Both the position numbers and the translations under genes were made by a program. Shown one piece after another: positions 40,624-49,990 of a stretch of DNA of 64,000 bases. Numbering within the stretch: the stretch's first letter is position 1; each line of letters starts with the position of its first letter. The notes under the pieces were generated by a model that was not told where the DNA came from, did not search any database, and worked only from the letters and a program-made list of their open reading frames with translations. This DNA comes from Candidatus Hydrogenedentota bacterium (GTDB lineage Bacteria > Hydrogenedentota > Hydrogenedentia > Hydrogenedentales > SLHB01): NCBI GenBank assembly GCA_963745075.1, contig CAVUWV010000014.1:96001-160000 (forward strand). The letters run 5' to 3'.

Positions 40624-41112
40624 ATGGAACACACAAAACATCTTTGGCGCGCAATCGTAATTCTCCTTGTCGTATTTGTCGGCGGGGTCGTCGTGCGGCA
40701 CTTCGCCATGCCCAAATCCTTCGGGCTCGACGGACCCTATCGTTACGACGCGTTGAACGATCTCAAGGCGCAGGCGCCGGTTCACGGAGCCCGTACGGAT
40801 TGCCGCTCATGCCATTCCGACGTATGGGACAACGCGGCCCAAGGCAAACACGCTACCGTCAATTGCGAGGTGTGCCACGCCCCCTTGACCGTTCACGCCA
40901 AGGGAGACGAGAAGATTGCGGACATGCCCAGCAATCGCGCGGCCAGCCTGTGCGCCTATTGCCACCAAAAACTTCGGGCCAAGCCCGAAGACATGCCGCA
41001 GATCGACTTCATGGCGCACTTGACCACGCTGGAGGCCGCGCCGGAGGACGGAGAGATCGCCGACGGCACCTGCATCGTTTGCCACGACGTTCACAATCCA
41101 GCGCTTCAATGA
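40624..41112 (+). CDS. Membrane-anchored tetraheme c-type cytochrome
   Basis: N-terminal TM; CRSCH, CEVCH, CAYCH, CIVCH. Confidence 0.9.
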   Translation: MEHTKHLWRAIVILLVVFVGGVVVRHFAMPKSFGLDGPYRYDALNDLKAQAPVHGARTDCRSCHSDVWDNAAQGKHATVNCEVCHAPLTVHAKGDEKIADMPSNRAASLCAYCHQKLRAKPEDMPQIDFMAHLTTLEAAPEDGEIADGTCIVCHDVHNPALQ

Positions 41113-41149
41113 CGGTGGGACACCACCCGAAAGCGTTGAGGGGGGAAAT

Positions 41150-41956
41150 ATGGAAATGAAACCTGACGAAGAAGACGTAAGCAGGCGGGACTTCCTCGGC
41201 GACGTTCTGCGTCGCGGGGCCGGCGTCGCCATTGTGATCGTCGCCGGTGAAACCGTCCTGCTCATGCCGAAAGCGGGGGCGCAGGAATCGGATGACGCGG
41301 ATTTGGGCGCGGACCTAGGCTACGACCCGCGTAAGCACCACTACGTGTACCTCATCGATGTCACGAAGTGCATCGGGTGCGGATCGTGCGTGCGGGCCTG
41401 TGAATTGGAAAACGATGTGCCGAAACATCACTTCCGAACGTGGATTGAACGCTACGAAGTATCGCGCACCGGGCACGTCACCATCGATTCGCCGAACGGC
41501 GGCCACGATGGTTTCCCGCCGGAAATCACGGGGGACGATGTCACCAAAGCGTTTTTCGTTCCCAAAATGTGCAACCACTGCGCGAACACACCGTGCGTGC
41601 AGCTTTGCCCCGTCGGCGCGTCATTTATCAGCCCGGAAGGGGTGGTTTTGGTGGATGGGGAACGCTGTATCGGCTGCAGTTACTGCGTCCAGGCCTGCCC
41701 TTACGGCTCGCGCTTCATCCACCCGGAAACACACACGGCGTCGAAGTGCACGCTTTGCTACCACCGGATTACGCGGGGGCTGTTACCCGCCTGCGTGCAG
41801 GCGTGTCCGCGCGGTGTACGTAAGTTTGGGGATACCAAGGCGCTGCACGATGAAGTCACGGAGATTATTGCGACCCGGCAGGTTCAGATCCTCAAACCGG
41901 AGTTGCGTACGGAACCGAAATGCTACTACGTCGGCGTTGGAAAAGAGGTGCGATAA
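41150..41956 (+). CDS. Tat-exported 4x[4Fe-4S] protein (NrfC/PsrB family)
   Basis: SRRDFL; CIGCGSCVRAC, CNHCANTPCVQLCP, CIGCSYCVQACP, KCTLC...PACVQACP. Confidence 0.92.
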   Translation: MEMKPDEEDVSRRDFLGDVLRRGAGVAIVIVAGETVLLMPKAGAQESDDADLGADLGYDPRKHHYVYLIDVTKCIGCGSCVRACELENDVPKHHFRTWIERYEVSRTGHVTIDSPNGGHDGFPPEITGDDVTKAFFVPKMCNHCANTPCVQLCPVGASFISPEGVVLVDGERCIGCSYCVQACPYGSRFIHPETHTASKCTLCYHRITRGLLPACVQACPRGVRKFGDTKALHDEVTEIIATRQVQILKPELRTEPKCYYVGVGKEVR

Positions 41957-43143
41957 TGGAACCGAATGTCACGGGCTACGTCTTTCCGAACGACGTCCAC
42001 ATCATGTGGAGCCTCATGATTGTCATCTACCCCTACGTGACCGGTCTCGTGGCCGGCGCGTTTATCGTGTCGTCGCTGTATCACGTTTTTCAACGCAAGG
42101 AATTGCGTCCGGTGGCTCGCTTGGCAATGGTAGCGTCGCTCGCCTTTCTCCTCGTGGCGACGCTGCCATTGCTGGCTCACTTGGGCCACCCGGAGCGGGC
42201 CTTCAACATCATGGTGACCCCGCACTTTACCTCCGCCATGGCTGCGTTCGGCATGATTTACACCTTGTACCTGATATTGGTCCTGCTCGAAATCTGGCTC
42301 GTCTACCGCACCGAGATCATCGCGGTGGCGCGGCACAGCCGGGGATTGAAACGCTGGGTCTTTAAGACGTTGGCTCTCGGCGTTTACGACACGTCGGAAG
42401 ATGCGAGACGCGTCGACCAACGCGCGATTATCGTGCTTGCGGCACTGGGCATCCCGGCGGCGTGCATTCTCCACGGGTATGTTGGCTTCATGTTCGGATC
42501 GGTAAAAGCCAACCCATTATGGTCCACCCCCCTGATGCCGATCATTTTTCTGTTCTCCGCGGTCACATCTGGCGTGGCCATGGTCATGGTTATGTATCAG
42601 ACGCTCATGAAGTTCAGTGGTAAGAAGATCGAAGGCGAATGCATCCAGGCCTTGGCCCGCTGGTTGTGGCTGTTCGCGGTGATCACCGTGACGCTGGAAC
42701 TGCTCGAAATCACCACACTCGCGTACGAGCGCGGGGAGGAGTGGCAGGTAGTTGGCGAACTGATTACGGATAAAATCGCCTTCTCGTTCATCGGTATTCA
42801 GATGGTCTTCGGATCGTTGATTCCATTCGTTCTGCTTGCGATTGTCGTCCTGATGCGGCCCTTTCTTACAGACCCCCTGAGAAACACCATCGCCTTCATT
42901 GCCGCCGCCATCTTGTTGATCCAGGTGTTCGCGATGCGCTGGAACGTGGTTATCGGCGGCCAGATCTTCTCCAAAAGCATGGTCGGCTTTCGCGAGCTGT
43001 ACGTACCGGAATTGTTCGGAAGGGAAGGCGTTTTGATGGCAGCCGCCATCATGCTGCTTCCCTTCGTCTTCCTGGCCATATTCAACCGGTTTTTGCCGCT
43101 GTATGAAGACGGCGATAAACCGGCGCCGGACGTGTCGACATGA
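41956..43143 (+). CDS. nrfD: NrfD/PsrC family quinol-interacting membrane subunit
   Basis: WSLMIVIYPY..GLVAG, HLGHPER, SAM, LHGYVG, about 10 TMs; TAATG overlap with upstream gene. Confidence 0.88.
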   Translation: MEPNVTGYVFPNDVHIMWSLMIVIYPYVTGLVAGAFIVSSLYHVFQRKELRPVARLAMVASLAFLLVATLPLLAHLGHPERAFNIMVTPHFTSAMAAFGMIYTLYLILVLLEIWLVYRTEIIAVARHSRGLKRWVFKTLALGVYDTSEDARRVDQRAIIVLAALGIPAACILHGYVGFMFGSVKANPLWSTPLMPIIFLFSAVTSGVAMVMVMYQTLMKFSGKKIEGECIQALARWLWLFAVITVTLELLEITTLAYERGEEWQVVGELITDKIAFSFIGIQMVFGSLIPFVLLAIVVLMRPFLTDPLRNTIAFIAAAILLIQVFAMRWNVVIGGQIFSKSMVGFRELYVPELFGREGVLMAAAIMLLPFVFLAIFNRFLPLYEDGDKPAPDVST

Positions 43144-43221
43144 TGACTCCGAGGTGACGTCGAGGCGCCTGGGATCGGCGCGGGACAGCGGGGATCCGGG
43201 CTTTCGGTGGAGGGCTTCGTC

Positions 43222-44991
43222 ATGGGGGAGAAGCTAAACGAAGTAGTATCCGGTCTCCGGCAGCGTATTGACGAATTGACCGAGCAAGTTCGTTCGTTGA
43301 GCGCCACCGTAGAGGCGTTAGGCCTGCGCGTCCACGGCATGCCCCGGCAACAGCCCGCGGCCGCACCCGCACTGTTTGCCGAGGATCCGGACGAATCCCT
43401 CGCCGTGGCCAGTGTCCGGCGGTTTCAAGGCTCCACGTTCCTGTCTTCGACGGCCGCGGTCTGTTTTCTTCTTGTCATTGCGCTGATCCTGCGCATGGTT
43501 TCCGACATTGGCGTCATCAACTACGAATTCGGCGCGTTCTTGGGATTGGTCTACGCCTTTGCGCTCTTTGTCTTCGCCCACGTTCGATATCGTCGGGCGC
43601 GCCGCGTGGTTCCGGTGTACTCGACCTGCGCCGGTATCCTGGTCTTCGCCATCGTTCTTGAGAATCACGCGCGATTCGTCGCGATTTCCCCCCATCTTTC
43701 GTACATTATCCTCGCGATTGGTTCGCTCGTCATGGTGATGTTAGGTCTCGTCCACACCATACCGACGCTCATCGGCATGGGCACCATCGGTGTCGCCGCG
43801 ATCGCCGTCGCAGCCGGCTTCCCGGAACCGCTGTTTCCGATCGCGGCGGCCCTAATTCTCATGACCAACATCATCGTATGCGCCCGGACGCGTCTGGTCC
43901 GGTGTGGATGGATGGGCGGCGGCGTGCTTACCGTCACAATCTTTTTCTGGTTTACCTGGACCATCAAGCTGATTACGGCGTTCCGGCACGGGGAGGCGCA
44001 ATCGCCCACCGTTGCCGCGTCGTGGTTTTTGCCCGTACTGGCGGTATTTGTGGCGTGGTACCTGTTTCTCGCCGTCCGCAACGCGTTGCGATCCGGGGAT
44101 GCCATCCATGGGTTTGAAACCGCGCTGCCGATCATCACCGTTGCGTGGACGTATCCAGTCGCGCGCAGCGTGGTCGGATCGGGGGGCATCACTCGTGCGT
44201 CACTCGGGATCGTCGCGGCGCTGCTCGCTGCGGGACTCGTCATTTTTGCGCTTTCGGCGGCGAAACGGAAGGGGACGTTGACTCGTGAGTTGACGGCATT
44301 CATCGTGGGTGCGCTGTTGCTCTGCGCGGTGGCGCTGCCTCACCTGGTCGGGAGCATGTCGGCTGCTGTCCTGCTCTGGTCACTTATTGCGCTGTTCCTA
44401 GCGCGTTTGTCCTGGATGTGGCGGAGCGGGACGTTGCGAATATTTTCCTATCTGCTCCAGACGTACGCATGTGGTGTTGCGCTCAATTCCGTGGGGATTC
44501 TGACGCTCGAGTCCTGGTCCATTTGGCGTCTTGTCGTGCCCGTGGCCGTGAGTGCGGTTTGCCTTTATCACTATGCGTGGTGCCGGAGCCGTCCGCCCAA
44601 GGAACACGGCGAATTCTTCGACACCATAGACCTCGGCGACCGGACCGCGATCATGCCTTTCCTGGTTGGGGTCGTCTGCGCATTCGCAGCGCTTCGCATG
44701 GTCTGGTACGAGAGCAGTTTCCTCTTTGGAAACGGCGGCGCATTTCAGAGCGGACAATCAGTCATCATCAACGCCGCCGCCATTCTACTGGCCACCTTGG
44801 GATTGTTGCGAAAGAACGCCGAGTTTCTTGTCGTAGCAGCGGCCATCGCCATCCTGGGTGCTGGAAAGGTCTTTGTGTATGATTTTTTCCATATCCAACA
44901 TCTTCCGCTCGTGATCAGCGTATTCTCCTTCGGCGTCACGGCGGCACTTGGCGCGTTGATCTGGACGAAGTGGCAGGGCGTCGAAACCTGA
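43222..44991 (+). CDS. DUF2339-like polytopic membrane protein
   Basis: N-terminal coiled coil, many TMs, C-terminal KVFVYDF...VISVFSFG. Confidence 0.65.
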   Translation: MGEKLNEVVSGLRQRIDELTEQVRSLSATVEALGLRVHGMPRQQPAAAPALFAEDPDESLAVASVRRFQGSTFLSSTAAVCFLLVIALILRMVSDIGVINYEFGAFLGLVYAFALFVFAHVRYRRARRVVPVYSTCAGILVFAIVLENHARFVAISPHLSYIILAIGSLVMVMLGLVHTIPTLIGMGTIGVAAIAVAAGFPEPLFPIAAALILMTNIIVCARTRLVRCGWMGGGVLTVTIFFWFTWTIKLITAFRHGEAQSPTVAASWFLPVLAVFVAWYLFLAVRNALRSGDAIHGFETALPIITVAWTYPVARSVVGSGGITRASLGIVAALLAAGLVIFALSAAKRKGTLTRELTAFIVGALLLCAVALPHLVGSMSAAVLLWSLIALFLARLSWMWRSGTLRIFSYLLQTYACGVALNSVGILTLESWSIWRLVVPVAVSAVCLYHYAWCRSRPPKEHGEFFDTIDLGDRTAIMPFLVGVVCAFAALRMVWYESSFLFGNGGAFQSGQSVIINAAAILLATLGLLRKNAEFLVVAAAIAILGAGKVFVYDFFHIQHLPLVISVFSFGVTAALGALIWTKWQGVET

Positions 44992-45218
44992 CCTGTCCGA
45001 TACCCCCATGACTCTCGCTACGAATTGCCTTTACCCGTTTTCCCGAACGCGGCGAAGGATCTCATTCGGCAGTATCGCGAGAAATCCCAGATTCCTCACG
45101 TGGTACTGCATGACGGGCCCAGCGAGCGCGCGATCCGTAGCGCCAAACGTGTATGATCCCTCACAATGGTGGTATTCACACCGGATCGGCGATTCGCAAT
45201 TCAACGGAGGTCATATCC

Positions 45219-48200
45219 ATGTCAGCGCGTATTGGAGGTATAGTGAGTCTCATTGCCGTGGCGACACTGTGCGCGCCGTGCTACGGCACGACGTTTTTTG
45301 TGTCGAAGTTGGGCGACAACTCCGACGGCTTGTCCTGGGCGACGGCCTACACGGAAGTCCAGGCCGCCCTCGACGCCATCCCGGACGACCAGGGAGGCCA
45401 CCGGATCATCGTCCGGCCGGACACCTATATGGAGGCGAATCTGCTCCCGGCCTTTCCCGGGGCGGAGGGCGCCTACAATGAACTCATCGGCGATTTCGAC
45501 GGCAGCCTCGGATCGGGTACCACAGGTCATGTCGTTCTCGACGCGGGCGACCCGCAAAAAGGCTTCAAGAGCTACGATTGGTGGGGCAATATCCGCGCCT
45601 ATCAGAAAGGTTGGTCTCCCGAGCACACCCAGGAAACCGTGTCCGCGATCAAATGGGACCGCTGGATTCTTCGGCGCTTGTATGCAACCGGCGGTGACGG
45701 CGGACTTTGCTTCGACTGCACCGACCACATCGAACCCTTTACCGTCGTCGTCGAGGATTGCATCAGTATCGGCCGCGCCTTCGGATGCGGGGCCATGAGC
45801 TGCTTGTCACGACCCGACGAGCCGATTACCTTTCGTCGCTGCAACATGTGGTCCCTCGACGAATGGGGTGACACGGCCGCGGGCTACGTGCGCATCGAAA
45901 ACGAATCCATGCCTGATCGTCCCGACATCGTCTTTGAAGACTGCGTAATGGTGAGCCCTCAGTGCGCGCTGAAAGGCGGCAATTACGGCTTTCACACGTA
46001 CACGCACGCGCTCGTGAAGAACTGCGTCCTGCTTGCCCTCAATTTTTCGCAACCCCAGGGTACGCCCACTGACGGTGTTGTGCAGAGCGTACAGAACGGC
46101 AAGTATTTTCGAGTGGACTTCGAGGATTCCATCGTCATGGGGTTCAAAGTGTTCGGCGTCAAGGTCGACAAGGACTCCGCCGGCGACATCGGCTACACGA
46201 CCAAAGGCTCCGCCTTGGCCTACGTGCAGTACACGCAAGAGGTCCCCGAGGGGTTCCACCGGCTGGGACGCTGGCCCGTTGACGCGTTCGCCATGATCGC
46301 CCCGCCGGCCCCGACGAAACCCGCACCCGTGCTCACCAACCGCGAACTTGTCATGCGCGACATGTGCGAAATCACGCCATTCCTCTGGAACGACCGCCTT
46401 TGTCGGATGGAATGCCATCGTCCGGCCCGCGGCGGTTCCGTGGAGGATTACTATCTGCTGCTTCGCGATTCGGAAACCGGGGATGAGTTGGCGCGCTTTG
46501 CCGAAGGGTACGGTCTGGCCTGTTGCCTCGTGCAGGACGGTGTCTTTTACGCTTTCGCGTCTCGGTTCGAAGACAACAACTGGAATGACGTGACCATGTT
46601 CTCGTCGCATGACCTCAAGACTTGGGACCAGAAGGTCGTCATCGAACAGGAGAGCGAACATCTTTTCAACAGTTCGGTCTGCGAAGGCCCCAACGGGTAT
46701 GTCATGGCCTACGAGTCAAACGATCCCACCTACCCAGCGTTCACGACCAAGTTCGCGCAATCTCCCGATCTTGCGACCTGGACCAAGCTGCCCGACGCCA
46801 CCTTTGGTACCAACCGCTACACGGCCTGCCCGTGCATCCGGTATGTGGGCGGTTATTATTACGTGCTCTATACGGAGCACCGCAATCCCGCCCACGTCTT
46901 TGAGATGTATGTTACGCGTTCAGAAGATCTGAAGTCCTGGGAACTCAGCAGCGCCAATCCCGTGCTTGCACCCCAAGGATTGGACGAAGGCATCGATGCA
47001 TCCGATCCCGATATCATCGAATACGACGGCAAGACCTACCTCTACTACGCCGTCGGCGATCAGCTCACCTGGATGAACTTCAAACGTGTCGAATTCACAG
47101 GCACGGAACAGCAATTCTTCGAACACTGGTACGAACAGCCCGGTATCCCCGACTGCGGCGACATGGCGGCGGAAACGGAACGCATGAAACAGGCTCGACT
47201 GGATGCGGAACGCGCGGCACGAACGGCGTGGTTTACGGATGCGCGCTTCGGCATGTTCGTCCACTGGGGCGCCTACGCCGTGCCCGCGCGCAACAAGACG
47301 GGCGGACTTGCTTCCTTCGTCATGAAAGACGAAGGCATCCCAGTTGCCGAGTATGAGAAGTTCGCCGATGCGTTCAATCCCATCCAGTTCGATCCGGCGC
47401 AATGGATGGGCATCGCGAAATCGGCGGGCATGCGCTATCTCATCTTCACCTCCAAGCATCACGAAGGATTTTGCATGTTCGACAGCGCCCTCACCGATTA
47501 TGACGCCGTCGATCGTGGTCCGGGACGGGACATCGCTGGGGAATTGGTCAAAGCGGCGCGCGATGCGGGGATGAAAATCGGCTTCTACTATTCCATGCTC
47601 GATTGGCATCAGCCCGATTACACAGCGAATTTTCCCAAATACGTGGACGAGTACCTCTTCGGACAAGTCCGCGAACTTTGCACGAACTACGGTCCCATCG
47701 ACTGCATCTGGTTCGACGGGGAGTGGGACCACCCCATCGAGCAATGGCGTTCTCCCGCCCTCATCGATATGATTCGCGACCTTCAACCCAATGCCCTCAT
47801 CAACGATCGAATCGGCAAAGGCGAGCGGGGCAAAACCTTTCTCGTCGACTTTTATACCCGCGAACAGCCCAGCGAGATACAGCATACGACGGAGTTTGAA
47901 CGGCGCAGCACGATCCCATGGGAAGCCTGCATGACCATCGGCAATTCATGGGGTTACAAAGAGGGCGACGCGCCCTTGAAAAGCAGTGCCGAGTTGATTC
48001 GGTACCTCGTCAACGTCGCGAGCCGCGGCGGCAATCTGCTGCTGAATGTCGGTCCCACAGCCGACGGTGTGATCCCGCCCCAGTTCGTGTCGCGCCTTCA
48101 GGAGATTGGTGTCTGGATGGATAAGAACGGCGAATCGATCTACCGCACTCAAGGTTCGCCATTCCCCGCGCTACCCGTCGGCAAGTGCACGACCAAAGGC

Positions 48201-48413
48201 AACCGCCTCTACATCCACGTCGAATCACCTCCCGCCGAGCCCATCCAACTACTGGGACTCAAAAACGCTATCATCAAAGCCTGGTATCTTGCCGATGGCA
48301 CCGAGGTCCCCTTCAACGATGAAGCCAAGACCATCGAGCTTTCCGGCGGGCTTGCCGATCCCGCTGTTACCACCATTGCCGTGGAATTGGATGGTCGCCC
48401 ACGGATCGGTTGA
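45219..48413 (+). CDS. Exported three-domain fusion: beta-helix-like + beta-propeller glycosidase-like + GH29 alpha-L-fucosidase
   Basis: FVSKLGDNSDGLSWATAY N-terminus; SHDLKTW/SPDLATW/SEDLKSW boxes; WFTDARFGMFVHWG, TSKHHEGF, IWFDG, GGNLLLNVGP. Confidence 0.85.
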   Translation: MSARIGGIVSLIAVATLCAPCYGTTFFVSKLGDNSDGLSWATAYTEVQAALDAIPDDQGGHRIIVRPDTYMEANLLPAFPGAEGAYNELIGDFDGSLGSGTTGHVVLDAGDPQKGFKSYDWWGNIRAYQKGWSPEHTQETVSAIKWDRWILRRLYATGGDGGLCFDCTDHIEPFTVVVEDCISIGRAFGCGAMSCLSRPDEPITFRRCNMWSLDEWGDTAAGYVRIENESMPDRPDIVFEDCVMVSPQCALKGGNYGFHTYTHALVKNCVLLALNFSQPQGTPTDGVVQSVQNGKYFRVDFEDSIVMGFKVFGVKVDKDSAGDIGYTTKGSALAYVQYTQEVPEGFHRLGRWPVDAFAMIAPPAPTKPAPVLTNRELVMRDMCEITPFLWNDRLCRMECHRPARGGSVEDYYLLLRDSETGDELARFAEGYGLACCLVQDGVFYAFASRFEDNNWNDVTMFSSHDLKTWDQKVVIEQESEHLFNSSVCEGPNGYVMAYESNDPTYPAFTTKFAQSPDLATWTKLPDATFGTNRYTACPCIRYVGGYYYVLYTEHRNPAHVFEMYVTRSEDLKSWELSSANPVLAPQGLDEGIDASDPDIIEYDGKTYLYYAVGDQLTWMNFKRVEFTGTEQQFFEHWYEQPGIPDCGDMAAETERMKQARLDAERAARTAWFTDARFGMFVHWGAYAVPARNKTGGLASFVMKDEGIPVAEYEKFADAFNPIQFDPAQWMGIAKSAGMRYLIFTSKHHEGFCMFDSALTDYDAVDRGPGRDIAGELVKAARDAGMKIGFYYSMLDWHQPDYTANFPKYVDEYLFGQVRELCTNYGPIDCIWFDGEWDHPIEQWRSPALIDMIRDLQPNALINDRIGKGERGKTFLVDFYTREQPSEIQHTTEFERRSTIPWEACMTIGNSWGYKEGDAPLKSSAELIRYLVNVASRGGNLLLNVGPTADGVIPPQFVSRLQEIGVWMDKNGESIYRTQGSPFPALPVGKCTTKGNRLYIHVESPPAEPIQLLGLKNAIIKAWYLADGTEVPFNDEAKTIELSGGLADPAVTTIAVELDGRPRIG

Positions 48414-48450
48414 CGGGAGGGGATTGCTGGTATATATTAAGATATATACC
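48410..48450 (+). promoter_or_regulatory. vapBC promoter with autoregulatory inverted repeat
   Basis: TTGACG-N17-TATATT; GGTATATAT-TAAG-ATATATACC at 48429-48450. Confidence 0.7.
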
Positions 48451-48465
48451 GTCGGGGGATTTGCC

Positions 48466-48711
48466 ATGAACACCGCCAAGGTCTTTAGGAATGGCCGAAG
48501 CCAAGCCGTTCGACTTCCGAAGGAATTCCAATTCGACGCAGATGAGGTCTACGTGAACAAGGTGGGGGACATGGTGGTGCTCTTCCCTAAGAAGAAAGGA
48601 TGGGACATACTCGCCGAGAGTATCGGTCATTTCACCGGGGATTATATGGCCGATCGTGACCAACCTGACACGCATCAGAAGCGCAGAGCCTGTGATTCGT
48701 TACCTGCTTGA
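48466..48711 (+). CDS. vapB: VapB antitoxin (AbrB/MazE type)
   Basis: MNTAKVFRNGRSQAVRLPKEF. Confidence 0.9.
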   Translation: MNTAKVFRNGRSQAVRLPKEFQFDADEVYVNKVGDMVVLFPKKKGWDILAESIGHFTGDYMADRDQPDTHQKRRACDSLPA

Positions 48712-49093
48712 CACGAACATCTGTACCGAGGTTATTCGCGGACGTGGCGAATATGTTGTTTCGCGATTGGCGGCGTGCGCGATCGGCGAGGTCGGCATTT
48801 CATCGGTGACGCTCGCCGAACTCGCTCACGGCGTAGAGAAAAGCGCCAAACCCGCTCAGAACAGAATCGCGCTGCAAGAGTTCTGTGCCCCCCTGCAAAT
48901 ATGTGCGTTTGATGACATAGCGGCCTTTGTCCACGGCCGCGTTCGGAACGATTTGGAGCAACGAGGCACGGTCATCGGTCCCATGGATTTGCTCATCGCC
49001 GCCCACGCGCTGGCATTGGAATCCACGCTGGTGACGAACAACATGCGCGAATTCAGCCGTGTTGCCGACCTTTCGGTGGACGACTGGCTTTGA
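48692..49093 (+). CDS. vapC: VapC PIN-domain toxin
   Basis: YLLDTNI, SSVTLAEL, IGPMDLLIAAHAL, LVTNNMREF. Confidence 0.92.
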   Translation: MIRYLLDTNICTEVIRGRGEYVVSRLAACAIGEVGISSVTLAELAHGVEKSAKPAQNRIALQEFCAPLQICAFDDIAAFVHGRVRNDLEQRGTVIGPMDLLIAAHALALESTLVTNNMREFSRVADLSVDDWL

Positions 49094-49208
49094 ACGGCAA
49101 GCGTCGCTACTAACGCTGCGAAGCATCTTGTCATCACGCACAATGTGAAACTTCTCATTTCCTGTTACAATACAAGCGTGTTCCGGGTGTCTGTGGGAAG
49201 TTTTGTAA

Positions 49209-49952
49209 ATGACGGATGGTCGAGTTGTCACGTCAGTAGAACGCCAATGGTGTATTGCTGCCGCTCTGAAGAGTGAATTGTCGGCAGTTCGTGCACTGCG
49301 TCTGCAGAATGTCATTCTGATCGAAACCGGTGTCGGTCTCGAAAACGCAGAGCGAACCGTCCGCAAAATCGGTGAGAACGATGCCGTCGGAGGCGTTATC
49401 CACATCGGATTCGCCGGCTCGTTGTCGCATTCACTTGCCTTGGGTGACGTGCTCGTCGCAAATGCCGTTGACGCTGAGGTGGCCGCCCCCGTAGTCCTCG
49501 AGGGAACGGAACGCGTCCGCTCGCTTCTCCCTCCCGAAGTCCGGAGTCATGTGGGGACGATCCTGACGTGCGACCGGATTCTCGCCAAGGCCGACGAAAA
49601 GCGCCGCTTTGCGGAACCACGCCCGGCCGATGAAACCGCCTGCGTCGATATGGAATCGGCCCCCATCGCCCGCATTTGCACGGAACGAAACCTCCCTTAC
49701 GTGGGGCTCCGTGCCATCACTGACACCTTTGATGAAGACCTGCCCATGGACCTGAATGAGTGCCGGGGGCGCGATGGTAACATCGACACGATGCGGGTCA
49801 TGTGGTCGGCGGTGCATCACCCCAGCGCCATCTCCGGTCTCATGGAGTTGCGCCGGCGTGCCCGGGAGTGCTCGCAGACACTCGCGCGATGCGTCAAGGC
49901 GTTCGTTGAGGCCAATCCTTCGCCGCTCCATCTCTCGAACGACGCCCCCTGA
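49209..49952 (+). CDS. hpnG: PNP/MTAN-family nucleoside phosphorylase, HpnG-like
   Basis: AALKSE, TGVG, GFAGSL...GDVLV, CVDMES, RAITD...LP; hopanoid genes upstream on the same strand. Confidence 0.6.
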   Translation: MTDGRVVTSVERQWCIAAALKSELSAVRALRLQNVILIETGVGLENAERTVRKIGENDAVGGVIHIGFAGSLSHSLALGDVLVANAVDAEVAAPVVLEGTERVRSLLPPEVRSHVGTILTCDRILAKADEKRRFAEPRPADETACVDMESAPIARICTERNLPYVGLRAITDTFDEDLPMDLNECRGRDGNIDTMRVMWSAVHHPSAISGLMELRRRARECSQTLARCVKAFVEANPSPLHLSNDAP

Positions 49953-49990
49953 TCCGCTATGCTCTGGATAGGTCATCGAGGGTTTCCACC

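Noticed and set aside
34684..49209. Prophage or ICE occupying the interval
   Set aside because: No integrase, phage structural, replication or conjugation genes seen
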